Source of the DNA: Candidatus Latescibacterota bacterium
GTDB lineage: Bacteria > Latescibacterota > UBA2968 > GCA-2709665
NCBI GenBank assembly: GCA_965208835.1
Contig: OZ242358.1
Location: forward strand, 2,784,001 to 2,848,000
Reading direction: 5' to 3'
Length of the DNA stretch: 64,000 nucleotides
This document shows, one piece after another, positions 29,928 through 39,598 of the stretch (positions within the stretch are counted from its first letter, which is position 1; each line of letters starts with the position of its first letter). Position numbers and translations under genes: made by a program. Below the pieces are notes generated by a model, which worked only from the letters and a program-made list of their open reading frames with translations, ran no database searches and was not told where the DNA came from.

Positions 29928-31124
29928 TTACGCCATACTGCCCGCCGACGGTCGCCCCGGACCTTCGGAGGCCAAGGTGGCCAGTGCGTGGAGCAACAGG
30001 TCGATCTCATCTTCGAGAAGGAAAAAGGGCACGCTCGCACGCAGACCCTGCCGCGTGGTGTTGAACGCCTTGACGACAATGCTCCAGCGTTTCCTCAGCG
30101 TATCCCTCACGTGGGGAGGCTGCCAGCCGTCCAGATTGAACCCCACGACGGCGGCAGATTGTTCAGGAGACAGAGGTGTAATCAGCCTGACACCCGGAAT
30201 CTCGTTCAACCCTCGCTTCAATCGTGTTGTCAGCACCACGGTGCGTGCCCAGATCTCGTCGAGTCCGATGCACGTAAGGTATTCCACTGCAGCAGCCCAC
30301 GCGTGAACCAGCGGCCACGACCAGGGTCCGAATTCAAATCTCTCCGTACTTTCCTTGAGTTCGAAACGGTCTCTACGGAAGTCCACCCAATCCTGTGCAC
30401 GACCTCCGGCGTAAGTTACCCGGATTCGGTCCCGGCGGTCCTCTCTCGCGAACAACGCTCCTGCCGCATAGGGCGAGTACATCCACTTGTAGGAGAGAAT
30501 TCCCGCAAAATCGCATCCCAGTCGGTTCAGATTCATGGGGTAAAGCCCGGCGGAATGCGCCATGTCGAGGAAGCTGACGACGCCGCGCGCCCTTGCAGCC
30601 GCGCAGATCCGCTCGACGGGAAACCGGTATCCCGAGTCGGATATCACGTGGCTGAACCCGATGAGACGCGTACGGTCCGTGATGCGTCCGACAACCGCCT
30701 CGACCTGTTCGTCAAGGCCGTCCACCAGAGGAGCCTTGTCCACGACAACGCCGTACAGGTCCCGCAAATGAAGACACGGCACCAGCAGCGCCACCTCTTC
30801 CTCTTCCGAGATCAGGATGCGGTCGCCGGCATTCCAGTCCAGGCCGCGAATGACGGTCTGAAACGCTTCGCTCACCCCGCGCATCAGAGCCAGATCGCCG
30901 GGCGAAACGCCGAAGAATGCCGCCAGGCGCTCCCTGCTCCGCTCCCGACGGGGATATTCCTCATCGGGATAGGCAATGTGCATCGGGCCGCGTTCGAGCA
31001 ACTCCCGCATCAACCCGATGTGCGCCTCGGCCACTGGCGCCGGGGTAATGCTTACGCCCCCGTTCTGGAACCAGACGAAATTGCCCAGCGCGGGAAAGTC
31101 GGACCGGATCTTCCCGATATTCAT
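29928..31124 (-). CDS. Class V PLP-dependent enzyme (cysteine desulfurase/isopenicillin-N epimerase-like)
   Basis: RSDFP, FSHV, LDMAHSAG, SYKW (PLP lysine), RFEFG, LRAS; no RxGHHC catalytic-Cys loop. Confidence 0.88.
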   Translation of the reverse strand: MNIGKIRSDFPALGNFVWFQNGGVSITPAPVAEAHIGLMRELLERGPMHIAYPDEEYPRRERSRERLAAFFGVSPGDLALMRGVSEAFQTVIRGLDWNAGDRILISEEEEVALLVPCLHLRDLYGVVVDKAPLVDGLDEQVEAVVGRITDRTRLIGFSHVISDSGYRFPVERICAAARARGVVSFLDMAHSAGLYPMNLNRLGCDFAGILSYKWMYSPYAAGALFAREDRRDRIRVTYAGGRAQDWVDFRRDRFELKESTERFEFGPWSWPLVHAWAAAVEYLTCIGLDEIWARTVVLTTRLKRGLNEIPGVRLITPLSPEQSAAVVGFNLDGWQPPHVRDTLRKRWSIVVKAFNTTRQGLRASVPFFLLEDEIDLLLHALATLASEGPGRPSAGSMA

Positions 31125-31225
31125 CTCTCGACGCCCCGATTCAGTTCACGAATGTCAATACGCGCGTCCGAGGTCGACCGATTCAACCGCGGTTCGCGGC
31201 CGGCGGCCCGATGCGGGTCGCCGCC

Positions 31226-32137
31226 CTACCGCCAGTGGGCGGGCAGAATAACGTCCTTCAGACCAAGATGACGTGCGATCCAGCGCTCCTCGAAGACGCC
31301 ATCCTTATAGCGCGAGTGTTCCGAGGCGCGGACCTCCGCGGGGCCTGGCATGGCTTCGACCATCGCCCCCAGCACGTGCCGGCTGCTCCACAACAGGGTC
31401 GGGGCCGTGATCCGGGGCACAAAAAACAGGGGGTCGAAATATGAAACCGTGCGCGCGACCAGGTCGCGGCGGTCAGGAAACTGCCTAAGATACTCGTTCA
31501 CTTCCTCCAGCGGATAGCTCTCGGTGCCCGATGCGCGATCCATGGTGCCATAGAAGAAGGACGGAGACGCGACCAGGTGCGTCAGACCACCGCGCAGCGC
31601 GGCGGTCAGGAGCGGCATCTCGTTCTGCCCGATCCCCACGATCCGGCTCCGGTCCGCCTCCGGTCGGGTGAGGACGTAGTCCATGGCCCGGCAACAGTCT
31701 GCCACGATACCCCGCAGGACGTAAGCCTCAGGGTCTTCGATACCGTCCACGAACAGACCGGGGAACGAAGCTGCATAGGGTTTGTCGGCGTTGCGCTGTC
31801 CCCTGGCCGCCATCGAAAATACCAGGAACCGACCCTGCTTCTCTATGGCGTCACCCTGAGGCAGCGGCTCCACCACGCTCTGAAGGCGCGTGAAATACAC
31901 CAGTGTTGGAAATGGGCCGTCCCCGTGGGGGATACTCAGATAGCCGAACAGCCGGTACGGCCCGATGCTCGTGAAACGCACCCCGTAGGTCGTTGAGAAC
32001 CCGGTACACCGAATGGGCATGATTTCCGCTTCGGGCGCAATCGGGATGGCGTCCAGCGCTTCCATCGTTCGATGCCAGTAGGCATCGAAATCATCGGGCC
32101 TTGCCACAGTTGGCTGAAATTGATCCTGCATCGACAC
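31226..32137 (-). CDS. CE7/AXE1 acetylxylan esterase homologue lacking the catalytic serine (pseudo-enzyme)
   Basis: RPDDFDAYW, ARGQ, YPLEEV, SYFD are retained; the nucleophile elbow reads GIGQNE instead of GxSQG. Confidence 0.8.
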   Translation of the reverse strand: MSMQDQFQPTVARPDDFDAYWHRTMEALDAIPIAPEAEIMPIRCTGFSTTYGVRFTSIGPYRLFGYLSIPHGDGPFPTLVYFTRLQSVVEPLPQGDAIEKQGRFLVFSMAARGQRNADKPYAASFPGLFVDGIEDPEAYVLRGIVADCCRAMDYVLTRPEADRSRIVGIGQNEMPLLTAALRGGLTHLVASPSFFYGTMDRASGTESYPLEEVNEYLRQFPDRRDLVARTVSYFDPLFFVPRITAPTLLWSSRHVLGAMVEAMPGPAEVRASEHSRYKDGVFEERWIARHLGLKDVILPAHWR

Positions 32138-32188
32138 GTTCTCCTTGCGCCACGAGTGCAGTCATAGATCTGCCCCCGAAATCCACCG

Positions 32189-33118
32189 TCAGGCGTGATT
32201 CTTCAGATGTTTCTCGAAGAATTCGTGGATCACGGCGCCGTGCTCCACGACGCCCGCATCGTGTCCGTGACCGTCGTATGCGTAGATTCGCTTGTCATTC
32301 GACGCAATCGCCCGGTATGCCGCGTATCCGGTTTCGGGCGGGCAGATATTGTCCTGCAGGCCAACGTTGACGATAATCGGGCACGAAATCCGCGGGCCGA
32401 AGTGAATTCCGTCAAAATATGCCAGCGTCTCTCTCACAACGGACTCCCTCTCGGGATACAGCCTCAGATAGTCACGTATTTCCTGGTAGGGATAGGTATG
32501 CGTGAGTTGGATCGCATCCATAAAACCGCACAGATAGGGTGCTCCCGCGGCTCCGGCCCTCGGGTCCCTGAGCGCGGCAACCACAAACGTCAGGCCGCCG
32601 CCCTGGCTGCTCCCGGTCACACCGATCCGCTCTGAATCCACCTCCGCCCTGCTGGCCAGAAAGTCGAACCCGCGCACGGCATCGATATAAAACCCGCGAT
32701 ACGAATAGGTATGCCGATCTACGATATTGTGCGTCAACAGCCCCGGATATCCGGGGTTGAACTGTCCGTTGCTTCGGAGTTTTCCCCGCGGAGCGACGCT
32801 GAAAACGGCGTAACCCCTCAGGGCCTCCTGTTTTGGCAATCGCGGCTCCCCGATATACCCTGGAACATGCAGGATCGCAGGCAGCGTCCCCTCGCGTTTC
32901 GCGGGCAGGCAGTACCAGCCAGCGATCCTGACACCGTCGATACTGTCAAAGTGGACATCATACACGTCCACTTCTGGCGTTGACCGCAGCGCGCTGTGTA
33001 CCACCGAGCTGTTCAGAGGAATACGGTCCGCCGTATCGAGCACGTCGTCCCAGAACGCATCGAAGTCAGCGGGGCGCACCATTGATGTTCCGTAATCCTG
33101 AATTGCAATACCGTTCAT
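32189..33118 (-). CDS. CE7 acetylxylan esterase/cephalosporin-C deacetylase family
   Basis: RPADFDAFW, GSSQGG, GLQDNICPP, GHGHD (Ser-Asp-His triad). Confidence 0.92.
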   Translation of the reverse strand: MNGIAIQDYGTSMVRPADFDAFWDDVLDTADRIPLNSSVVHSALRSTPEVDVYDVHFDSIDGVRIAGWYCLPAKREGTLPAILHVPGYIGEPRLPKQEALRGYAVFSVAPRGKLRSNGQFNPGYPGLLTHNIVDRHTYSYRGFYIDAVRGFDFLASRAEVDSERIGVTGSSQGGGLTFVVAALRDPRAGAAGAPYLCGFMDAIQLTHTYPYQEIRDYLRLYPERESVVRETLAYFDGIHFGPRISCPIIVNVGLQDNICPPETGYAAYRAIASNDKRIYAYDGHGHDAGVVEHGAVIHEFFEKHLKNHA

Positions 33119-33143
33119 TCAGCCTCCGTCCGTCCGTGAACCC

Positions 33144-35078
33144 TCAACCCGAAGTGTCGCCGGCGCGCACAACGACGGTACTCTCCGCCCCGCGGCGCCC
33201 GAACGCGTTCACAGGCCTCGCGGACAGCGTGTTTACCTGCGGATTCAGGCGCCAGTCGAAAGCGGCCTCCCCTTTTTCCTGCCAGGCCCTGTTGTCGATG
33301 CTTATCTCGAACCCCCTGAGATTCGCGGTTTCCGTATCCAGCAAGACGCGAAGCAAATCCGGTTCGTCTGCCTGTTGAAGATGTATCTCGGCCCGATTCG
33401 GAGTCCAGTAGAGGTCGCCGGGTCGCTCCGTATGTTCGGAAAACCACGGCAACGGCGTTGTTTCAGGGTCCTGCCAGAACAGATATCTGTCAAAATGGTA
33501 CGAGACTTTCCCATGTTCGGGCTCTCCGGGCCCCATCGTCTCCAGTTCGTCGTTCCGAAGTGAGATCATGAATCGTTCGAACAATGCCAACCGCTTTGCC
33601 ACCTGAAACTGCCCGGCTACCGCCGGCGGCGGTTCCGGGACGATCTTTACGTCCGCGAAATCTTCCGCCAACCAGGCGCGGTGCGCTTCCAGCGCTGAGA
33701 GCGGCATCCCCCTGCGTTCGAAGTGATACGTGAATTTCGTCTCGTCGTTGGAATCTCCACCGACGTCCATGGCCACCCACTTGCCGTGCTGGTTCGACCA
33801 TACTTCGTTGATGCAATGTGAACGCATGATTTGAGTTCGAGCCGTAAATCCCAGCGCCGCAGCGCAATGTGACATAACGGTCGCATAATGCGTGCACATT
33901 CCGAGGCTCAGTTTGCGACTCGCGAGACTCAGTATAACCATGGCGTCCCACGGAGGGCAGAATTCGATGGCGCCCATGTTCCACCCGTCTTCCCACTGCT
34001 CCCTCACCCACTGTCGCAAATGAAGGAACGCCTCGAACTCGGATTCTGCGGGTCGGATGACATCGTCAAGACGCCAGCGTTCCCTCAGGATCCGTCCCCG
34101 TTCTGAATCGGCCGGCAGATGCGAAAACCGGTAGGAACTGCGAACCAGCGCAGGGTTTTCCGAACCGACGATACAGGCCACCGGCATTTCAACCCCTGCC
34201 GTGACCGCCAGCGATACAGCATCCACCTCCGGCGTCTTCGACGGCTGATCGGTCCGCAGGTCGAGACGCCACTGCAGGAACCGGACCTCGCTGCCCGGCA
34301 CGATCGGATCGGATGCCGGCGCCCACGCCGTCCACGACTTCGGGCAGTATGCCGGACATGGCCCGCCGCGCCACTCCAATACCGCGTTACAACCCGTGGG
34401 CGTCCTGACGTCGGCCGAAAGACGGATGGCGTCTACGGGTCCCGCCGCGGCAATCCCTCCCGTGGTTACGAGGTCGAGCAAGTCCACGGCATTGGAACAG
34501 ATTTCGCCCTGCTCCGCATATTGGTCCAGCCAGAGCCGAACCATATATTCTCCGCGAGCGCGGTCGTTGACGCCGATCGATTCGGTACGCCACGTCTGAC
34601 CGCCGTCTTCGCTTACGGCGCTTCGCCGCGGCTGGACGCTCTCCTCCACCAGCAGTGTCCAGACCGCGTCGTCTACGGCCTTGAAAATCACCTCGTTTCG
34701 ACCGGAGCGGAGCCAGTCGGCAGGTATCTCCTGCGGCCTCCACCGGTCCCGCCAGTAGTCCCGGTCGCCGGACCAGCAGACCCTCAGTGTATGGCCGTTA
34801 ACCACGATTTCCATCTCGCCGTCGGCTCTGTCACAAAGGAGATACGGGCACAGCAGCGCGCGGGACCCGCCCGTCGTCGGGATGGAGAATATCTTCCGTG
34901 CCTGCCGAAGCCCGAAGACTTCCTCCCGGTCGTTCCTGCTGCAGTTGCCCAATTCGTCCGCGACCGTAACCCCCCGCCTGAGGCGGACGGTGTCTCCAGG
35001 CACGGAGATTCCCCTGCCTGTGCAGGCCAAGAAATCACGGCGGGAGCGCCAGACTCTGGTGCCGTGCGCCAACGTCAT
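33144..35078 (-). CDS. Transglutaminase-like (Cys-His-Asp) domain protein with N-terminal beta-rich domains
   Basis: GMCTHYA, SHCINEVW, KWVAMD; Asp-box-like SEDGGQTW; no signal peptide. Confidence 0.75.
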   Translation of the reverse strand: MTLAHGTRVWRSRRDFLACTGRGISVPGDTVRLRRGVTVADELGNCSRNDREEVFGLRQARKIFSIPTTGGSRALLCPYLLCDRADGEMEIVVNGHTLRVCWSGDRDYWRDRWRPQEIPADWLRSGRNEVIFKAVDDAVWTLLVEESVQPRRSAVSEDGGQTWRTESIGVNDRARGEYMVRLWLDQYAEQGEICSNAVDLLDLVTTGGIAAAGPVDAIRLSADVRTPTGCNAVLEWRGGPCPAYCPKSWTAWAPASDPIVPGSEVRFLQWRLDLRTDQPSKTPEVDAVSLAVTAGVEMPVACIVGSENPALVRSSYRFSHLPADSERGRILRERWRLDDVIRPAESEFEAFLHLRQWVREQWEDGWNMGAIEFCPPWDAMVILSLASRKLSLGMCTHYATVMSHCAAALGFTARTQIMRSHCINEVWSNQHGKWVAMDVGGDSNDETKFTYHFERRGMPLSALEAHRAWLAEDFADVKIVPEPPPAVAGQFQVAKRLALFERFMISLRNDELETMGPGEPEHGKVSYHFDRYLFWQDPETTPLPWFSEHTERPGDLYWTPNRAEIHLQQADEPDLLRVLLDTETANLRGFEISIDNRAWQEKGEAAFDWRLNPQVNTLSARPVNAFGRRGAESTVVVRAGDTSG

Positions 35079-35344
35079 GCCCGCCTCCCTTTGCCATAGG
35101 TGATTTGCGCCGTCATAGGCGTTTCACTATATTGGTAACCCACTCGTCTGACCCGCGACAGCGGCGTGTCCGCACGAATTCCGATACCCCTGTCGGCGGG
35201 CAGGTTGAACGCTTGGAGCCGACGCTCCAAAACGAACTGCGTAGCCTGCATTTCACAAAAACATCTTTAACGATGCCGAAGCAAGGCGGGAAAGCCGGCT
35301 TCAAGGGAACCGTGTCCAAGCAGGACCACAGCAGGGGTGTACTC

Positions 35345-36826
35345 ATGCCAGGCGGAGACATCGTCCGTATCGGACACCTGAAGACCATCGAGGCATTTCA
35401 GAGACGGGTCGAGGCCCTCTGTCTGAAGTTGCCATGCGACATGGACATCCTCACGGCGCCCGAGTCACCCCTGGCGCAGCCGTTTCCTTTCGACCCGGCA
35501 TCCATCGGCAATCGGTTTGCCATCCATCCTATGGAGGGATGGGACGGGCTCACCGATGGCAATCCTTCGGATTTCACGCGGCGCCGGTGGCGTCATTTCG
35601 GACTTAGCGGAGCAAAACTGATCTGGGGAGGCGAGGCGATTGCCGTTCGACCCGAAGCCCGCGCAAACCCCAACCAGCTTTACGCGGCGGACCATACCCG
35701 GCGCGGCCTGGCCGAACTTCTGGCAATCCTTCGAGCGACCCACCGGCAACACGTTGGCAGCACGGACGACCTGGTGGTCGGGCTGCAACTCACGCACTCG
35801 GGACGGTTCTGTCGGCCCACTCACGATAGGGGGATGGAGCCCCGAATTCTGTACAGGCATCCCATCCTCGATTCCAGGTTCGGCGTGGACCCGAAGCACC
35901 CCGTTATGTCAGACGCGGAAATACGATCCGTAATAGACGACTACATCAAGGCTGCACGAATGGCGGCTGAACTGGGCTACCATTTCGTGGACATCAAGCA
36001 TTGCCACGGGTATCTGGGGCACGAATTCCTGAGCGCCGTCACACGCGAAGGTCCCTATGGAGGCACGCTAGAGAATCGGACTCGCTTTCTCCGGGAGATA
36101 GTACAGGGCATCCGTGCCGTTGCTCCGGATCTCCGGATCGGTGTGCGACTAAGCGCATTCGACTTTGTTCCGTTCCGGCCGGATCCGGAACAATCTGGCG
36201 ATCGCAGGAAGGGGCCCGGCATTCCGGAGGACTTCGACCACTGTCTGCCTTACGCATTCGGATTTGGCGCGAACCCGTCCAATCCCGTTGTTCCGGACCT
36301 CACCGAACCCTGTCAGCTTCTGGACTTACTCGAGGGTCTGGATATTCGGCTGGTCAATCTTTCGGCCGGCAGCCCGTACTACAATCCCCACATCCAGCGT
36401 CCTGCGTACTATCCGCCTTCAGACGGATACCGGCCTCCCGAAGACCCACTCGTTGGCGTCGCGCGACAGGTCGACGTCGTTCGGCGCATCAAGGCGCGGA
36501 ATCCCAACCTGGTTGTCGTGGGTACGGGATATTCTTATCTTCAGGAATTTCTGCCGCACGTCGCTCAGGCACTCGTACGCGACAAACAGGTCGACTTTAT
36601 CGGTCTGGGCAGGATGGCTCTCTCCTATCCGCAGCTTCCGCTGGACGTCCTCAGGAAAGGAAATCTGAACAGCCGCGTACTCTGTCGGACGTTCAGCGAT
36701 TGCACGACCGCGCCAAGAAACGGGTTGATATCGGGCTGTTTTCCGCTGGATGCATACTATAAAAAAACCCCTGAAGCCAAACGACTCAGGGAAATTAAGA
36801 AAGCCGAACGTTCCGGGCAAGGGTAA
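35345..36826 (+). CDS. NADH:flavin oxidoreductase (Old Yellow Enzyme family)
   Basis: HPMEGWDG, QLTHSGR, KHCHGYL, YGGTLENR, GLGR. Confidence 0.92.
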   Translation: MPGGDIVRIGHLKTIEAFQRRVEALCLKLPCDMDILTAPESPLAQPFPFDPASIGNRFAIHPMEGWDGLTDGNPSDFTRRRWRHFGLSGAKLIWGGEAIAVRPEARANPNQLYAADHTRRGLAELLAILRATHRQHVGSTDDLVVGLQLTHSGRFCRPTHDRGMEPRILYRHPILDSRFGVDPKHPVMSDAEIRSVIDDYIKAARMAAELGYHFVDIKHCHGYLGHEFLSAVTREGPYGGTLENRTRFLREIVQGIRAVAPDLRIGVRLSAFDFVPFRPDPEQSGDRRKGPGIPEDFDHCLPYAFGFGANPSNPVVPDLTEPCQLLDLLEGLDIRLVNLSAGSPYYNPHIQRPAYYPPSDGYRPPEDPLVGVARQVDVVRRIKARNPNLVVVGTGYSYLQEFLPHVAQALVRDKQVDFIGLGRMALSYPQLPLDVLRKGNLNSRVLCRTFSDCTTAPRNGLISGCFPLDAYYKKTPEAKRLREIKKAERSGQG

Positions 36827-36863
36827 AGCGGCGCGGCGCGCGGTAGCACCGAACCGGATGCGC

Positions 36864-37673
36864 TCAACCCGGTCTGCCATCCTCCACAGCCGCGGATTTC
36901 AGGACGAAGACTTCCTCCAGATTGAAAAAATCAACGCTGGGAATCAGCCGGACTTCTCTGAAAAGCGCCTGATCGTGATCTCCCACCCGCGATACCATGC
37001 CAATGAGAAGACCCTTGGGAAACACACCCCCCAGGCCTGAGGAGATTATCCTGTCGCCTTCGGACACCTCGCTGCGCACAGACACGTGTTTGAGAAAAAA
37101 CCTGCCGTTTTCGCACGTAACGATTCCCGAGGTTCGCTCATCGCGCTGCACGATCGCGCTCACCCTGCAATTGCGATCCAGCAACAACTGAACCACGGCA
37201 GTCCGCGGGTGAACCTCGAGCACGCGTCCGACGAGCCCGTCCGCGGTTACCACCGGCATGCGATTCCCCACCCCGTCCGCAGCACCCAAATCAAGGAGTA
37301 CCGTGTTCAATACGCGGTTCGGGTCCCGTGCGACGACCCTCGCCACCAGATAGGTGCCTTTCGCCTTGGTACGAAAGTCGAGCATCGCACGAAGCCGGAG
37401 ATTCTCCATCCGCGCTTCGCGGAGTTCGAGCAATTCGAGCGAGATGCGCAGGTTCTGATCCCGCAGAATACGATTCTCAAGGCCAAGCCTGGAGAGTTCG
37501 ATCGGCCATGTGAACAATCCGTGCCCGGCTTTCATGAGACCGGTGGCGATGCCCCTCGCCAACGCTACCCCATCGGACCGGCCGAGCGCCATGAGACCAA
37601 ACGACACAAGGACGGCCACGCCCAGTACAACGTAGGCACGGTGTGCACGTAAAAAAACGAACAGCCACTGCAT
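36864..37673 (-). CDS. mreC: Rod shape-determining protein MreC
   Basis: N-terminal TM, coiled coil ENLRLR, GLVGRV, SSGLGGVFPKG; follows mreB. Confidence 0.93.
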   Translation of the reverse strand: MQWLFVFLRAHRAYVVLGVAVLVSFGLMALGRSDGVALARGIATGLMKAGHGLFTWPIELSRLGLENRILRDQNLRISLELLELREARMENLRLRAMLDFRTKAKGTYLVARVVARDPNRVLNTVLLDLGAADGVGNRMPVVTADGLVGRVLEVHPRTAVVQLLLDRNCRVSAIVQRDERTSGIVTCENGRFFLKHVSVRSEVSEGDRIISSGLGGVFPKGLLIGMVSRVGDHDQALFREVRLIPSVDFFNLEEVFVLKSAAVEDGRPG

Positions 37674-37695
37674 CGGTCATCCAAAGCATTGTTGA

Positions 37696-38715
37696 CTACA
37701 AAAGCATTTTCTGATACTGATCGATATTTTCAAGAACACGCCCGGTACCGCGGACAACACAGGTGAGCGGGTCGTCCGCCACGATTACGGGCAAACCGGT
37801 TTCTTCCATCAGCCTGCGATCCAGTCCCCGCAGCAGCGCCCCGCCGCCCGTCATGATGATGCCTCTGTCCAGTATATCGGCTGCCAGTTCAGGCGGCGTC
37901 TGCTCCAGGGTCTGCCGCACCGCTTCCAGAATGGAAGTCACCGTACCATTCAGCGCCTCCCGAATTTCCACCGAATCGACAACAATGGTTTTCGGGATAA
38001 AACTCACTGTATCCAGGCCCCGGCACGGATGCTGGAATTCACTGTCCAGCTTCCCGGCGGAACCGATTTCACATTTGATCTGCTCCGCGCTCCGTTCTCC
38101 GACCAGAAGGTTGTGTTTTCGTCTCAGCATCGTGATGATGGCCTGGTTCATCCCGTCGCCCGCTGTTTTGATTGACCTTGAGGTCACGATACCCGATAGG
38201 GCAATCACCGCGATCTCGGTGGTTCCGCCTCCGATGTCGATGACCATCGACCCCATCGCCTCTTCGACGGGCAGCCCGATACCAATGGCTGCGGCCATCG
38301 GCTCCGTGATGATATACACCTCGCGGGCGCCCGCGCGCTCCGCGGACTCCCTGACGGCCCGCATCTCAACGGCAGTCACCCCCGAAGGCACGCAGATCAC
38401 GATCCGAGGACGCACGAGAAGCCTGTTTTTCTGAACCTTTCGGATGAAATGCCGAAGCATCTCTTCCGTCACGTCGAAATCGGCAATAACCCCGTTACGC
38501 AGAGGACGTATAACCTCAATATCGGGGTTCTGGCGCCCCATCATCTGCTTGGCGTGAGAACCAATGGCAAGTGGCTTGTGGGAATTGCGTTCCAGCGCGA
38601 CGACCGAAGGCTCGTCTACCACGATATTCTGTCCTTTGACGTAAACCAGGGTATTGGCCGTACCCAGATCGATCCCTATGTCGTTGGACAGCAGTCTGGA
38701 AAGAAAAAGTGCCAT
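37696..38715 (-). CDS. mreB: Rod shape-determining protein MreB
   Basis: IDLGTANT, EPMAAAIG, DIGGGTTE, TGGGALL. Confidence 0.97.
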   Translation of the reverse strand: MALFLSRLLSNDIGIDLGTANTLVYVKGQNIVVDEPSVVALERNSHKPLAIGSHAKQMMGRQNPDIEVIRPLRNGVIADFDVTEEMLRHFIRKVQKNRLLVRPRIVICVPSGVTAVEMRAVRESAERAGAREVYIITEPMAAAIGIGLPVEEAMGSMVIDIGGGTTEIAVIALSGIVTSRSIKTAGDGMNQAIITMLRRKHNLLVGERSAEQIKCEIGSAGKLDSEFQHPCRGLDTVSFIPKTIVVDSVEIREALNGTVTSILEAVRQTLEQTPPELAADILDRGIIMTGGGALLRGLDRRLMEETGLPVIVADDPLTCVVRGTGRVLENIDQYQKMLL

Positions 38716-38736
38716 AGCGGTTCGTTCCCCAGCGGG

Positions 38737-38925
38737 TTAGCCGAGCAACCGAGCTCGAAAGTCGCGATACTTGCTCAGGGTCTTCTCGACAATCTCGTCC
38801 GGAAGCTCCGTTGCCGGCGTGGTCTTGTACCGATCCAGGGTTTCCAGATAGTCGCGGACCTTACCCCTTGCGAACAAAGGCACGCCGTGCAACCTTGTCG
38901 CCTTCAACGCCGTCGCCCTGGGCTT
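38737..38925 (-). pseudogene. purC: purC (SAICAR synthase) remnant with a large in-frame internal deletion
   Basis: Translates as (K)PRATALKATRLHGVPLFARGKVRD|YLETLDRYKTTPATELPDEIVEKTLSKYRDFRARLLG*. This is the PurC N-terminal xxGKVRD motif fused to the PurC C-terminal VRDYL...ELP.EIVEKT..KY helix. AGGAGGT RBS upstream; lies between purN and mreB. Confidence 0.8.
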
Positions 38926-38935
38926 ATTACCTCCT

Positions 38936-39598
38936 CTAGTTTAATATTCGAACCTTTCTTCCATCGACCCTGATTCTTCCCTCTGAGAACAATCGGATCG
39001 CTTCAGCATACAACTCGTGCTCCACGGCCAGTACCTTGCCTGCCAGAGAATCGGGCGTGTCTTCGGGCGCGACGCGGATCCTGCGCTGCAGGATGATCGG
39101 ACCGGTGTCGTATTCCTCGTCCACGAGATGCACTGTCGCTCCGGAAACCTGCGCGCCGCTCCGGACGACGGCTCTGTGGACGTGCTGCCCGTACATGCCC
39201 TTGCCGCCGAATGCCGGAAGGAGCGCGGGGTGTATATTGACAACGCGGTTTCTGTACATCTCGAGAGTCACTGGGCCGAGTTTCTTCATATAACCTGCAA
39301 GAACCACCAGATCGACGCCGTACGAACCGAGCGTTTCAGCGACCGCACGGTCGAGAAAGCCGGGTCGCGGATGCGTCCTTCCGCTGAGGTGTATCGCTGG
39401 AACGCCCGCCCGCCTGGCACGGGCAAGTGCGCCGGATCTGCTGTTATTGCCGATTACGACGCCCACGCGCGCCGGGAGACGTCCCGAAGCGCACCGGTCG
39501 AGTATCGCCTGCAGGTTGGTCCCGCCTCCCGAGGCCAGTACACCCAGGCAAAAGACGGCATTCCTTTCAGACAGGTTCGCTCTTCCACATTCCGACAC
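38936..39598 (-). CDS. purN: Phosphoribosylglycinamide formyltransferase
   Basis: LASGGGTNLQA, LAGYM, NIHPALLP, GATVH, YDTGPI, VEH; start codon ambiguous. Confidence 0.93.
   Translation of the reverse strand: MSECGRANLSERNAVFCLGVLASGGGTNLQAILDRCASGRLPARVGVVIGNNSRSGALARARRAGVPAIHLSGRTHPRPGFLDRAVAETLGSYGVDLVVLAGYMKKLGPVTLEMYRNRVVNIHPALLPAFGGKGMYGQHVHRAVVRSGAQVSGATVHLVDEEYDTGPIILQRRIRVAPEDTPDSLAGKVLAVEHELYAEAIRLFSEGRIRVDGRKVRILN

Noticed and set aside
28719-31271. 850-aa plus-strand ORF spanning several genes
   Set aside because: Antisense to the dehydrogenase and PLP enzyme, which happen to share a frame; no recognisable domain or RBS
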